DNA of 64,000 nt from the human T2T-CHM13v2.0 reference genome, Homo sapiens (GCF_009914755.1 NC_060934.1), one strand, 5' to 3'. Shown: positions 1-14,900, numbered from the stretch's first letter. The notes: generated from the sequence alone by a model not told the origin. Translations and numbers: made by a program.

Positions 1-1779
1 TTTATATTTGTCTACTAGGTTCTCACTAAACTCATAAAGAAATATTTTTGTGGGTACTGTGAGTATTTCTGGACTGTGGACATGTGAGAAAAATCCCAAA
101 ATGAGTGGCTTTATTTTACAGCCATGACCAGCTGTTCACTCATGTTACTATGTCAGATCTGTTTGATTAATGGTGCCCACACATATACATACATATATAT
201 CTTTGAAGAATTGCACTATTGATTAGAAAATTTTAAATAGCTTAAGACTAAATCATAACAGGATTTCTCTATACTGCTCGGGATTTGTCTAGCTTTTACC
301 AACCAGAAAACACGGCCATTAGAATGTTAAAATATAAAATCTACACAGTACAACATAAAGTTGGGCATTTGGGGTTAATTCATTAATTTTCATCACAGGA
401 ATCATGTGAAGCAAAATTTCCATATTTTCTTGAGTAGGAGGGCAATTTGAGTAGAGGAAGGATTCCCCTTCCTCCTGCTTTTGACTCACGCAGTGTCTGT
501 GTAGTCCTTGCGATCTTTATGAAGTGACTGTTCATCTAAACACCAAAGAGAAGAGTTTTTGCATTCACTTTTATGATTCTTACATCATTTCTACCATTAG
601 TGTACATCCAAAGCTCTGATAATAATCAGACTATGATGAAATAAAGAGACATATTGGAAGAGGACTCAAGGTTTAGTTTTTCTTGCAAGATTTTTTTTCA
701 AATAATCTATGACACTAACCAGGAAAGACTTATAATTGAAAATAAATTTCTAAACAAGTGATTAAATGATCTTATTGCCTGGGTTTGAGATTTATAGTTT
801 CACATCCCATCCAAGTCTCTTCAGTGAGAGAAACCAGCACTGCATGGGTATGAGTGTGTGTGCAAAGATATCTCCAGCCAAGCGGCCAGATACTTCCTGG
901 GGCCAGCAGCCATGTATCCAAGGGGTTATGGAACAATTAGAAAAACAGTAGTGTCACACAAAAAAAAAAAAAAAAAGAAGAAGAAGGAAAGAAAGAAAAA
1001 CAGTAGTGTCGGATAACTTGGTTGCAGTTCAGGGACACTATAAAATAAATTCCAAGCTAAAGAACATATCCAACAATCATTTCCAGACACGTTGTTCTGC
1101 AAACATCATGCACCATCTTAGTAAGATTATTTAGTTATGATTTATTGTAAATTCCTTGAGCGCTGGGGCAGCACTCTGTAGATTTAGATTAGGCCATGTA
1201 ACTACTGGCAAATAGCCGTATAATATTGATGTCTGGTAAGGAAAATGATTTTCTGCTGGTGCCGAAAAATTGGGCTGTAGAAATTGTTTTTTTCTAGACT
1301 GATCATATGCATTGGCTATTTTGTTCAGTTCATAAAATTCATTTTTCTGAGAAGACACAGTGAGAGCAAGGAAACCTTTCCATTTCCCACCTTTGGAATT
1401 CCCCAGGAGAGTCACAAACAGTTCTCCTAAGATAGCCCATGAAGACAAAGGCATGGAGTCTACGCTGGCACAATGGCCATCCTGCCACATCTGCAGGGAT
1501 TTGCCAGGCTCTGCTCTGTTCCTCATTTGAGCATAATTAATATTCTTTATGGGAAATTTGACTGGACACTTTCTATGAAGGTCTAAAGGCTGGTATTTCA
1601 GGGATTTATTTTCATAATGTTTTCATTTATTTCAAAATGTGAGAAGATCAGAGAGAAGATACATGGTATATTAAATGTGAGAAAAACCATGCAACATGAG
1701 GATGTGAGGAAGGAATGCAGTGACAATTGGCCCTCAGACCTTGACTTTGTGTAAAGGCAAACATTTTGGATCAATACAC

Positions 1780-1990
1780 GGGGGTTATGATTCAGAGTTG
1801 AAATTCCAAAGCTATCATTTACTACCACTGTATCCCCTCTGTGCCTTAGCTTTCTTATAAGAAAAATAGGGTTAATATTCATGCCTTATCACAAGGTGGC
1901 AATGAGATATGAGGCGTTAATAGGTTAGAAGCACCTAGAACACTGCCTGGCCCATGGTGAGCACGATGTAATTATTAGCTATTATTATTG
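1780..1990 (+). mobile_element. MIR SINE (degenerate)
   Basis: MIR core ctctgtgccttagctttcttataagaaaaatagg and 3' part cctggcccatggtgagcac. Confidence 0.6.
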
Positions 1991-2091
1991 TCGGATGCTC
2001 CATAATGAGGAAGTTAGTTCTAGAGGTGAGACAGACACTTTTTCAGACAAAAGTGCAGAGGTAAACTCTTACCCAGAAGACTCTGACACCC

Positions 2092-2568
2092 TGTGTTGGT
2101 TTCCTATTGCTGCTCTAACAAATTATGAAAAACTTACTGGCCTCAAACAACACAAATGTATTCTGTTACAATTCTTGAGGTCAGAAGTCCAAAACAGGTT
2201 TTCAATGGGCTAAAATCAAGGCATTCCTTCTGGAAGCTCTTGTGGGGGTCTATGTCTTTGTATTTTCTAGTCTCTAGAGTCCACTTGACTCATGGCTGCT
2301 TCCTCTTTCTTCAAAGCCTGCAGCAGAGCATCTTCAAACTCTCTTTCTGACACTAATCCTCCTGTCTCCCTCTTAGAAGGACCTTCGTGAATATATTGGG
2401 CTCTAATGGATAATCGAGGATAGTTCAACATAATCTTCCCATTTTAAGATTATCGATTTAATCATATCTGCAAAGTCACCATTTTGTGTGTAAGGTAACA
2501 TATCCACAGGTTTAGGGGATTAGTAGGTGAACATCTTGCAGGGAGGATTCATTATCCCGCCTATTACA
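2092..2568 (-). mobile_element. MLT1C/D-like MaLR solo LTR
   Basis: ttcctattgctgctctaacaaatta...aaacaacacaaat...catatctgcaaagtc...catatccacagg pattern. Confidence 0.75.
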
Positions 2569-2698
2569 TACCCCCATCTCACCACCCAATGTGTTTGCCA
2601 TTACATGTCAAGGCTTTTATACCAGTTTCTCAGTTTCCAAAAAGTATTTCTACCAATGGTGTTGGCATCAGATGTACTTACTACACTTAAATAAACAC

Positions 2699-3028
2699 TA
2701 CCTTAGACTGTTTGTGCTGCTGTAACTAAATAGCTGAGACTGGATAGTTTATTTAAAAACGAGATTTATTTCTCACATTTCTGGAAGCCAGGAAGTCCAG
2801 GATCAAGGTGCCAGCATCTGGTGAGGGCCTTCTTGATGTGCCATCCCATGGTGGAAGAAAAGGTGAACCTGCTCCCACAAGTCCTATTTATAGTGGCATT
2901 AATCCATTCATGGAGGTGGAGCCCTTATCAATTAAACACCTCCCATTAGGCCTCATCTCTCAACACTGTTGCCCTAGGGTTTAAGTTCCCAACACATGAA
3001 TTTTGGGAGACATATTAAGATCGTAGCA
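2699..3028 (-). mobile_element. MLT1A/MSTD-like MaLR solo LTR
   Basis: tttatttctcaca...ggaagtccaggatcaaggtgccagcatctggtgagggcct...acatgaattttggg. Confidence 0.75.
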
Positions 3029-3681
3029 GACACTTAAGACACGGTACACAAGTCTTATCTTAGGAAAGGGATCAGAAAACTGTAAAGCTACATGCCCATG
3101 ATCCTGTAATGGCCAACTAGGAAAGTGGAATAAACTTGTATCACTCCTTTATGCTTTTCAGAATGTCTAGATAATGTAATGTATTTATAAGATTCACGAG
3201 GCACCTTCAAGAACTTTATTGCATTTTATTTTTGTTTATGAAAGAACAAAATACATGTCAGATTGCAGAATAGCACCTGTTAGATTTAGGAGACAGAACA
3301 ACTTTTAGCATTCTCTTTGTCACCAAAGATAACTTGAGAAATTAGGTTTAACTATGAAGAACAGAGAGCTTTAAAAGATGTTTTAAATTCCTGGAAAAGA
3401 AGGAAAATACCTATTACTCCTTTGTCAATTGCACTTACATTTTTTCCTGCCTCTCCTGCCTTATCTACCCCAACTCACAACTAATATGTGCCAACATTGC
3501 CCCGGTGATATGGAACAATGGACTTTCCCATTAACAAGTCAGACAAGCTCTTAACTGAGGACCTTTGCTCATGCTGCTCCTCTGCCTGAAACAGTATTTC
3601 CCCCTTGTACTCCTCTAACTCCTTTCCTAATGCCATCTCTTCTTTTAGCACACTTTACATATCCTCCTAAACTCAGCTTAA

Positions 3682-3992
<311 letters not shown>

Positions 3993-4269
3993 CTCCCTAC
4001 CCACTTCTACCCAACTAATTTTGGTTAAGGGTGCCTCCTCTGTTTATCCATACTACTTTGTGTTTGCCTCTCTCGTAGCACTCACTATATTGTTCTATAA
4101 TAATATGTCCAACTATAATATGTTTGAAGGCAGACTAAATTGATTTCGTCTTTGCATTCCTAGAACCTGGAACATTCAGTAAATGTTGATTGAACTGAAC
4201 TGAATAAAGCACAGAAAATGCTTAGCAAATGGTCAAGGATATTCTGAAGTGAGGGCAAATAAAAATAAG

Positions 4270-4470
4270 TCAACTAATAGTTATCAGACAATGCTATGAG
4301 CTATTTGCTCTACATACATAAACTCATTTAATCCTCACAGCAGCCATAAGGAATACTATTTTTCCCATTTACAGATGAGGAAATGGAGGATCAGATAAGC
4401 CAAATAACTTGCATGGCCCCAGAGCTGGTAAGTGGTAGAGCAGGGATTCAAACCCAGACCCATCTGACAC
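4270..4470 (-). mobile_element. MIR SINE
   Basis: catttacagatgaggaaa...agagcagggattcaaacccag. Confidence 0.75.
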
Positions 4471-4749
4471 CAGAAATTGAGTTCAAGCACATGCACAGAG
4501 GTGTGGGTAGTGGCCTGTATGTCAGGCTCCACCCAGGTAGTAGGGAGCGTGAGGTTAAATCATCAAGCAAAAGCAGATGACTTCACTATTCAACATCCCT
4601 GCCTCATGAAAGCCTGGGCACACAGGACAATATTGGCACCAGCTAGCTCAAGTGAACCCAGTATTAGCTCTTTTCTCTCAAGCTGACTAGACCCAACTGC
4701 CCCAGCTTCCTAGTGATTGAAGCTCTCCTTCACAAAAGACTTTGGATCT

Positions 4750-4868
4750 ACAGGATGACCAAGGTTCCTGGTGTACCCGACGGGTTTCCTCGGTCCTCGG
4801 GGGGAAGGGAGGATATGAGACTTTCAGTGCCTTAAAAGTCCCAGGAAATCTAGGATGAGTTGATTATT
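4750..4868. mobile_element. MER81/MER94-like hAT MITE
   Basis: ggatgacca...gactttcagtgc...gtcccagg...gatgagttg with degenerate terminal inverted repeats. Confidence 0.5.
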
Positions 4869-4983
4869 TGAATCATCACCAATGATTAGAGCAGCCTGTC
4901 CTGTATATTACTCATAGGGACTCTTCCTTTCAGAAGCCTTTGGAGAAGACCACAAACAAGCCATTTATACCAATGGTATTGAC

Positions 4984-5177
4984 CAGCGTTGTCCAACAGA
5001 ACTTATTGCAATGACGGAAATATTCAACATCAGTGCTGTCCAATACAGTAACTACTAGCCACATGTGACTATTGATCATTGAAATGTCTATAGGCTTTTT
5101 AAATTTTATTTAATCTTAATTACATTTTAATTTGAATAGCCACATGTGGCTACTGACTTCCATATTGGACAGCACAG
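4984..5177. mobile_element. MER3-like hAT-Charlie MITE
   Basis: cagcgttgtccaa...gtgctgtccaata...agccacatgtgg...tattggacagcac. Confidence 0.75.
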
Positions 5178-5483
5178 GAGTAATAAGTTTTAAATTTGGC
5201 TGCAACTGAAATTGCCTAAGGGGCTTAAAAAATCCCAATGCACAGGCTACACTCTAGATCAATTAAATCAGAGCATCTGAGATGGGACACAGATGTCTAA
5301 TGTGTATCCAAGAATAAGAACCTTCAGAATAGACCAGGGATCCCAAAATATGGCCTACGAATTGACTGCATCAGAATCAACAGAGGAGTGTATTAATAAT
5401 ATGCAAAGCTGACTCTCTTTCCTCTTAAAAACACCTCCTAAATTACAATCCCTGGAGAAGACCTTAGAGTCAATTTTCCAAAA

Positions 5484-6145
5484 TAAACTTTTCATATTAG
5501 AATAGAAAAGTTGTGAAGATAATACAGAGAGTTCTCATGTACCCTACACCTAGTTTCCCCTAATATTAACATCTCACATTACTGTGGTACATTTTCCATA
5601 ATTAATGAACTGATATTTATACATTTTTAAGGAATCTTCAGAATTCATTCTGATTTCCTCAGCTTTTACTTAATGTTCCTTTTTTGTTCAAGGATACCAT
5701 GCTGCATTTAAGTCAAGTCTCTTTAGCCATGTCCTCTTAGCTGTGACAGTTTCTCAGACTTTTCTTATTTTTAATGACCTTGACAGTTTTGAGGAGTATT
5801 GATCAGATGTTTTGTAAACTGTCTCTCAGTTTGGATTTGTCTGATGTTTTTCTCATGATTAGACTGAAATCACATGTTTTTGAGAAAAAGACCCTAGAGG
5901 TAAGTTGCTATTCTCATCCCTTGATATCAAGACAAGATGCTACCAGGATGACTTATCACTATAGATGTTCATCTTAATCACTTGACTAATGTTTGCCAGG
6001 TTTCTCTACTGTAAAATTATTTTTCTGTCAGTATCTTCCATACTATACTCTTTGGATAGTAGTTACTAAGTACAGCACACACTTAAAGAATGGGGAGTTA
6101 CACTTCACCCCCTTGAGGACAGAGTATTTATATAAATTATCCAGA
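5484..6145 (-). mobile_element. Old L1 (L1MC-like) 3' end
   Basis: tacagagagttctcatgtacc...gaccttgacagttttgaggagta...ggatttgtctgatgtttt. Confidence 0.7.
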
Positions 6146-8663
6146 ATAAAAATCTATTTTTGATACAATCCTCAATGATTCTTATTCATAACAAAATTTG
6201 GGAATCACTCAGACAAACAGCTGAAGGAGGCAGAACCACATGACATCCAGTTTGACCCTGATTCTCTGAGTGTGGATGACATGGTGAACTGGCGGATTTG
6301 CTAGACTTCTGTGAAGACTAGCTGATAGTCACTTATTTAGTCTAGAAACCAGATCACTGCTCCTCTAAACGCAAAACAGTGAATAAACATAGAATTGTTG
6401 ATATTACCACCGAGTGTTTTGGAGTTGGAATCCAGCATATTGGAGGAGAAAAAAGCCATACCAAGAAGGATACATATAGTGCTTTGGACCAAAATCATAG
6501 CGACCAAGAGGCATTCCCTAAAGAAGACAAAATATCAGTGGTATCAGGTAGAGAAATAGGGAACTGGTGGCCCGAAGGTTCCTGGAATATATGGCCATGT
6601 GAAGAGGACCACCATGACCCATTGGCATGTACAGGACACTTTAGAGCTACAATACCATTATTGACAACAATGACAAACATTCACTAAGTCGTTAGCAGAG
6701 TTAGTTTACGGTGTAAAGGGTGATTCAGAAACTCATTTGTCACTAGTGGATTCCTTGAACTAGTAACAAAGCTATCTTACCAAGGGGAAATTGTTTTACT
6801 ATTGCTGCTTATAAGCCACAGAAAGTCTCTGTTCTCTGGATCCCTGCTTGGCTTTGGTAAAGCTACAGTTAGAGACTCAACCTCTTGGTTTCTCAGAACA
6901 TTAATTAGTGCATTGTTCAATTTTAGTAATCAAGGAGTGTGTGTGTTGAGAATTGTGGGAGGTTTAGAAGCCTGGTCACACCCAGGAGCAGCTCTGAGTA
7001 ACTGAGAATGCTTAGTCAGAAGTGAGGACTATGGGGAGACACTTAATGCACTGAAGTGATGTGAGGTAGAAGAGTGAGCGTCTTTCATGTTCCCTGTGAA
7101 AATATAAGTAGCACTCATGGGTTATGTCTACAGAGAAATAGATTTCCTTCACCTTCACCTAGAAACATAAGTTAAAGTTTCTAACAACCTAGCAACACAG
7201 AGGACAGATTGCCTTATGGGATAGTGAGTGTTTTGTCCATTGAATTAAGTAAGTGGATGCAAGATGACCTCAGGGCTATTATAGAAAAGGTTTGTGTACT
7301 ATGTAGAAAATGTGAAGAGACTTTTAAGTATCCTTTAATTCTTTCACTTTCCATCCTCTTGATATAGTATGAGTGACACCTTGCCAACTGTCTGGGATGT
7401 CACTGCTCATCTCTGTTTCTTCATCAGTGTCAGCTGTTACACATATGCAATGTGCACTTAGAAGAGTGTGATGCTTTTCTTAAACTGGCTGATTTATACA
7501 CATCAGAGGAAGACATAACTTAGGCAAGAATAGCCACAGAGTAAGAGAGAGACCCTCAGTGTAGAGATCCACAGTCCTGACTTTGCCATCAAGATGCTAT
7601 TATGAAAGAGGACAAGATCTTTACATCTCTGAATCTCAATAATCTTTCCTAAAATGAAGACTTTGTGCTAATTCACCTCTCAGTTTTCTTCTAGTTCTGA
7701 CATTCTATGCAGTCTTCCCTTTGTCCTTATTCTCTGATGGTGTTTGCTAGGTTTCAATGAAAAGGTACTAGGCTTTATTATTCAGTGAAAATCACAAACC
7801 TTAGTGTTTACTGATGGTGCCTTAGAAAATATAAATGACAGGATTATAATGGCTGCATTGATTTGCCTTTCTACTTCTTAACTTCTTAACTTCTCTGTGT
7901 GCACACCCTTTATATGATATTTTTGCCATGCATCAGTAATCTATATTCCAAAATCTAAGACAAGTTTTGCAAATTCAGATGCCTATTGGGGCAAGGATGA
8001 CTGAAAAGGCCAAGTGGTACTTCTGATAAACAGAGGACCTAGGTCTCCTGCAAGGGATTGGCCACCACTCAGCCCCATCTGTTGTTGTAATGCTAGTTCA
8101 GAGTTGCCAGATCTTCCACTTTTTATGAGAAGGTAGAAATTGTAACCTTTGTGCAAAAATCCCTTCATTTAAAATGATGGTAATTAACTAACATTTTTAA
8201 AAAAGGACAACAGGCTAAATCAATGTTTGCTGTGGGTCTTCAGTTTGTAAATTCTGATCTACAAACAATAACCAATCCAATCACAGCTCCAGTGCTTCCT
8301 GACAACCCAACCTACAGTATTTCAATAGGTAATTAAATAATAAGAAAACAAAAGTATGAAATGTCATCAAGGATTAGTGGTTTAAAAAAAGAGGAGATAG
8401 TCTCAGTTAGGATATTTCAGACAGGCATCTGCCTGCCTTACTTTGTTATCAGCTTCTTAGATGTGGTTCTGTAAGTTTTGCTTAGGAAGGAAGTAGTAAC
8501 AAAAGCTCTTGGCTAATTGTCTTTGGTGACAAATACCACAGATGGTGTTATATCCCAAGTGTATGAACGTAAGAGTGTCACACACTATTTCAGTGTCTAA
8601 AATAAAAAGAAATGACCATTTTATCAGCACGTGATTACCATGATGTGGAATAAACTTCATAAG

Positions 8664-9095
8664 TGTATTACTCTGTTCTCATGCTGCTAATAAAGACATA
8701 ACCTGAGACTGGGTAACTTATAAAGGAAAGAGGTTTAATGGACTCACAGTTCCACATGGCTGAGGAGGCCTCACAATCATGGTGGAAGGTGAAGGAAGAG
8801 CAAAGGGACTTCTTAAATGGCAGCAGGCAAGAGAGTGAGTGCAGGGGAATGCCCCATATATATATATATATATATAATATTTTTTTTTTTGCAAAAAGGC
8901 ACATGGATGAAGCTGGAACGCCCCTTTATGAAACCATCAGATCTCATGAGACTTATTCACTGTCACGAGAACAGCATAGAAAAGACCCACCCCCATGATT
9001 CAATTACCTCCCACCAGGTCACTTCCATGACATGGGGATTATGGGAGCTACAATTCAAGATGAGACTTGGGTGGGGACACAGCCAAACCATATCA
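8664..9095 (-). mobile_element. THE1-family MaLR solo LTR with an internal 59-nt insertion
   Basis: tgtatta...gctgctaataaagacata...ggggacacagccaaaccatatca; 5-bp TSD ataag/gtaag. Confidence 0.92.
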
Positions 9096-9904
9096 GTAAG
9101 AAAATCAGAAAATTTCCAGGATGCCAATTTTCTGGGAAGCTTTTGAGCAGCATAGGTTTGGAGCAAATGCCTACTAATGTCTTAGTGTAAATTTATTTCC
9201 AGAGATTCTCAGAGGGGAATGGAACTTACATTTATTTAATGCCTACCATGTCCCCAAGTATAGTACTTATTACATAGATAATAAGATGAATAAAGTAGTT
9301 TATTTCTTACTCGTCAGGAGTAAGGGATTAAACAGTAAGTCTGACTTACTAGGAAAGGGATGACTAGAATCTCATGAGAATTTTAAATTTTTTACACTCA
9401 CCTTATTTTATTTAGTCAAGACATTTTTTGTCCCTCTCCTAGAGGTCACTCTGGGAAGTTCAGCAGTTTCAGCAATGCTTACCAATGCTCAGATCTCTGG
9501 ACCTATTTAAACCAATAGCAAATACTTTTGGATCACTGTAGTGTTGGCACGTCTCTGTCCCTGGAGGGTGAATTTGATTTTTGTCTGCAGCCAAATGCCA
9601 TTCTCATTGGAGGCTAGTGAAGAAGGTGAGTTGACAAGCTTGGGCATTACCATTTTGGGTCAAAAAAGAAGTAGGTTCTGGAGTAATCAAACTAATATCC
9701 GTGTTTGGCTTGTAAAGAACCAGGATGGGATGTACAGTCTTTGTTTAGCTATACATTCCGGCAGGTTTTCTTAAACTTGTCTTTTTTTCTGCATGTCCAC
9801 ACTTTATTACAATGCTACAGTTTCTAATCCTCTTTTAGCTAGACTAAAAGGCTCTTTCCTACTTTGGCGTCTAATTTTGTATTCCTAGTTTTCCTAACAG
9901 GCCC

Positions 9905-10075
9905 TACCTAAGTTTAGTTCTATATTAGTTTACTTTACTTTGGTTTAGTTTCATATGTTTTTATATTTTTTTATTTTATTCTATAATTTGTGTATTTTGT
10001 TATATATTTTAGTTTACTTTAGTTTCATATATTTACTTTAGTTTAATATATTTTAGTTTAGTTTCACATATTTTG
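9905..10075. repeat. AT-rich degenerate tandem repeat (tttagtttcatat-like)
   Basis: Repeated tttagttt/catat units. Confidence 0.7.
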
Positions 10076-10078
10076 CAT

Positions 10079-10653
10079 TGTATGGGAGGAAAAAAGAATT
10101 CTCTCTCTATTCTTCCGAATTCTTATCTGGAACCCCTGCAAAAAAAGGCAGATGAAAAAGAAAAAAGCGAACAGAAGTTTATTAACAAATAGGCTTCACG
10201 TATATATGGGAGATACCCAGGGAATGAGCAATTCTCAAAGAAGTGGCTTAGAACTCTGGTTTATGTGGCATCATCAACAAAGAACAACACATTGGTGGGG
10301 AAGTAACAAGACAAGGGGAAAGGATCTTGAGTTTCTAGGGGTGGCAAATTGTGGGAAAACAAATACATGGGAAACTAATGATAGACAAAAGGTTATATAG
10401 TAAAGTCTGTTATGTAGATTTCCCTGTGCCATCTTCAGGCAAGCAAGGGCCTAAGGTCATCCCTGGTGATCAACCTTTGTCCTTCTTGGTAGAGAGGGAA
10501 GGAGGGACACCTTTATAAGTGTATGTCCTGCTTTTAAGCAAATAGGGGTAGGGCAGAGAGATTTTTTGTATCTACTTCTCGATTGCTTTCAACCCAAAAT
10601 AATCCTTATGCCAGAGAGGCATATTTTGGGGTGGCATATTCAGCTACCCTTCA
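10079..10653 (-). mobile_element. ERV1 MER4-group solo LTR (LTR54/MER72-like)
   Basis: TG...CA ends; reverse strand begins tgaagggtagctgaatatgccaccccaaaatatgcc; 4-bp TSD gcat/gcaa. Confidence 0.7.
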
Positions 10654-11937
10654 GCAAAAAGTATCTACATATCTTGTACCAACTGGTCTCCTTCCCTGTT
10701 TGCAGCTGTACAAATTAAGGTATTATGAAAGCATGGTCATTCAAAGGAGGCACCCGTTCTGCTGCTCCTTTGTAACTTTCTTTTGCCCGCCTGTTTTTCC
10801 TCTGCCCTCCTGTTTGCTGCTCCTTTGCAACTTTCACTCCAAGCTTTACAAACATTTTTAGTGTCTTAAGTTTCCTCCTTCCCCACAACACACAAATTCA
10901 TATAGTCCAGCCCTGTGTATTCTATTTCCAGAGCCGGGGATAGCTTCCCTTTTCTTCTTCTGCCAAATCATGTTTCTGCCTTATTTTAAAAGTCTACTCA
11001 AAATTCATCTACAGCAAACCTTCTTAGATGCATTTTTTCTACAGGGAGAATGCTCCAATCACTCCAGTGATTTCATCAGCACACTTACTTGATGTAAGCT
11101 CTTATATTTTCTCACATTTGCAGTATATTCACCATTAGGTTGTAAACTTTTGGAGGCAGCCAGTGTGTTCATTTTTCCCTTAGGGCACCCTGCCCTTCTA
11201 CATATAGTAGAAACTCAGGAATTTGGTTAAGCAACTTTCTATTTTCCCCAAACCTTAAAAGAGCTGTCTGCAATGACCATCTCAGACGTTGTTAGTTTCA
11301 GAAAGTTTCCCTAATTTATTTTAAGGAAAGAACAGATAAGATGCATAAGATAAGGGACATTCTCTGGCTGTAGGCTTTCTTTAGCACATTTCAGGATTAT
11401 TATAACATAAAAGCCTTGCCCTATTTTCCTTAAGCAGCACGCGGCTGCCTAGTGTACTTGCCTTAGGAGGTCAAACACATTAGGTATACCAACATATCGA
11501 CCACCAAAAGCCAATGCACAGAACAGAGGTCCTCGGGCAAACAGGTTGAACCATAGTTGCAAGGTCAAGCCATTAAGCAAAGCATCCAAGGGTGACCATC
11601 ATGCTTTCCCCTGCGTTTCTGCAAAGCACAGATTTTCCCAGGGATTGCTGAGCAAAGAGCCCCTTACTAAAGAAACAGCAGACTCCATGGAAGAGTGTCA
11701 ATTTTATGATCCACTGCTGGTTTGGGCTGATTTGCTTTTAACTAATTATTGATCACCGTAATGACTAACTTTTGAGAGAGCCCTGCCAAAAATAAATATT
11801 CCTTAAATGAGGTACACCAATGTTTTTTTCCACTCCAGTCCTTGAAAATGGTGAGTTAGAGCAGAGTTTCCTAAAGCATGGCCTGAATTTACGGAACCAT
11901 GGTCAACAGAATCACTTGGGCAATTTGTTAAAATGTA

Positions 11938-11992
11938 TTAGGTTGGTGCAAAAGTAATCACGGTTTTTGCCATTGAAAGTAAGGGTCCTAAT
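11938..11992. mobile_element. MADE1 (mariner MITE), internally deleted, nested in a MER5-type element
   Basis: ta-ttaggttggtgcaaaagtaat...gtttttgccatt; right-end remnant cctaa-ta. Confidence 0.8.
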
Positions 11993-14900
11993 ACATTCCT
12001 GGGGCTCACCTGAGCCAGGATTTCTGGCATGGGGCCTAGAGATCTGCATTTAAACAAGAGCCACACAGAAGCACTTGGACAGAGGGTAAGAAGGGAATGT
12101 GATACTGAAGTCTCAAAAATACAGAAGAATAGTGAGGAATGATCTTCATCAATATTATCATAGCTTTTTCTTGTTAGATTATAGGATCCCAGGCTTATGT
12201 CCTCAGAGAACAGAATGGAGAGCAGATTTATAGACAGGGAAGGGGATTGGACAGGACTGTGGGCCTGCATTCTATTTTAGGCCCTGCCTCTGATTGTCTG
12301 TGTGGCTTTGAAGAGTTCACTAAGCCCTTTGGCCCTCATTTTGTAATCTATAAGTGTGTGGGCCTATTATTTTAATATCCTGTCTACCTCTAACAATTTC
12401 TGATTGAAATATTGAATTTGAAAATATAAATAGGCAGTATAAACTCTTCTGTTTATCTGTGGCGTCTGTGAGGTAATAAGCAGAAGAGGTTGATAGTTTC
12501 ACAAAAGGAAAGCATGACTTAGACAGAGTGCCTAAAATTCTGTCCCGGGAACCATGATCTCCTCATCTACTGGCTGTCTGTGTTTGGGCAATCACCTGCA
12601 TATCAGTTTCCTCATCTGCAAAATGACAATGGCACTTGCCAGCCACCACTTTTCAGGGCTCCTGAGCAGGTCAAAGACGTAACCTGCTCAAATGTTTTGA
12701 AAACTATTAAGTGCCAATCAGATTATCAGTTGTCACTCAAATTTGGATTAATTAGGTCAGATATTAGGTGTCAGGTGGTGTTTAAATCCTTGTTGTCCAG
12801 AGTGACATGGGAAGCACTGGAAGCTTAGGATACCATTAGGAGATCCTGAGGCTTGAGTGAGAAGATCCCATAAAGAGCAACACGGCTCAAACAGCGCCAA
12901 GAGGGCAGGCTGTGTGCCAAGATCAGCCTGGGAGTTTATACAACACTTATTTTAGCTTCAGACATACTTTAGCCCCTAGAAAAGAAAGTGAACAGGAAGA
13001 GACCCTCGAGATATCTTTGGATGCATCAAGAATTTTAAAAGCTGCAACTTGGAATTCAAAGCATTCACTTCCTTTTCCAACAAAATTGAGACCCTATAGG
13101 GTAATTTTATACTGAAGAGCTCCCAGTTCTTTAAACCTGATTGGAATTTGAGATAGTTGGAACAGGACAAGACTCTTATTACCTATGATAAAAGGCATCA
13201 TCAGGTAGGGGCAAGAGTATGGACTCTGGAGGTAGGTTGGATTCATATCCCAGTTTTCAACAATTTATTTTGAGTCCCTTGGCAAATCATCTAGCATCTC
13301 ACCTCAGTTTTTTCATCTATAAAATGAGAAGGATGTAACACCTGCTTCATCAGGTGGCGATGAGGACAGATGCGAGAATACAGTGGAATACTGAATTCTG
13401 GTGACTTTCAATATTCTATTCCTCAGCACTAACCCATGCTTACATGCATTTTATGACAATCCACGTTACCTAAGCCCAAATTATTACATGCAACGCAGCT
13501 TGGCAACCTTCAAACACTAACCAAATCAGGTATCAGAGCCCTTGTTTCTTGAACTTTCAAAGACAGAAGATGAACATATAAAATAGAATATTTTGTTTCA
13601 TGATTTTGTTACTGTAAGCCATGTCTGGTAAAGACCAATACAAGGAAAATGGGCTGAATCTGTGAATTACATCAGCAGGTTCAGAATAAATGATGGCTCA
13701 CACACCAGAACTCATTTCAATCATCCCTAAATTTAAAACAGGAAAATGGTTGGCAAAGTTGTTCCCTTTCTTCCTCTGGAGAAACTACTTGAAATAAATA
13801 TGAATTTGAATTTTACATGAATGATATCTCAAGAGTTTGTTAGTATGATTATCATACTTCAAGTTTATGGCTTATCCAGAAATCAAACAACTATAGTAAC
13901 CAGATAAAAGTCCTTTTTTTTTTCTGTAACATATAACAGTAATTAGAGTTTTCTACTTGTGACCTTAAGGTGTGTTGTCATGGTCTTGACATTTCTGCAG
14001 AAGTAAACTATTCAATTCAGTAGTTTCTGTGTTTGCAGTTATATGTATTTAACTTGTATTTTGCATATTTAATTTGTATTTAAATCGCTAAAAACTGGTA
14101 ACTCAGAAATGTTACGTATAGACATCCTCATTTATCCAGAATATTTGACTAACCAGACACCTAATTATGTTTTGAGTGGTCCTATCTATGCATTTAATGA
14201 ATGTTCTTATTTTGTAGCCAGCATATGTAATACAGGTGATTCCTTTCAGCGATGGGAGCTGGACAAATCTATATGCAGGGTTTTTGATCATCTTGGGTTT
14301 AAAACTCATAAACCATGTTTGTTTTCCTGAATCCATGACAACAATAACTTTATCCCAAAACCAGCTGTGAATGTTGGTAACACGGGCACTCTGCTGACCT
14401 GAAGGAATGCAGGCACAGTGCATTTTGCACACATGTTTGTCGGTAGAGTACTTTTTTGGTAGAGAGGAAGAGAAAATTCTGGCTTCTTTAGAGAAGTGGA
14501 TGTAGGCAATCCCTCCTCCAAAAGTAGTCAAAATACCACTCCAGAGAACCTTGACTTTATAAGGGAAGGCAGCTTCTGAATCACTGAAAGCCTTTTCCTC
14601 CTTAATTCTCACTGGCTGGCCTGGAATGAGGCTCTGCTAAAAATGTTAGAGGCAGCTGTTGATATAGGCATTTCTGTCCTCTTTTCTAGTACCATAATGT
14701 GTGCATGTTAAAGAGATTCTGCAGGTCCCTTATACCTTATTCATCCCTTTTAAAGCCTTCTTCTTGGAAAGTAGATGTGGAGGATCTAGAATTGGAAAAG
14801 TTTCTGTCTTTCAGAACTTTGTGTAGGTTTGGTATTCATAAAACATTACATTATTTGATGTCTCCCCCCAACCCCCACCCCGCAATACTACACAGAGATG

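Noticed and set aside
14112-14612. 166-aa minus-strand ORF
   Set aside because: GTG start and no family resemblance; length is compatible with chance in 64 kb.
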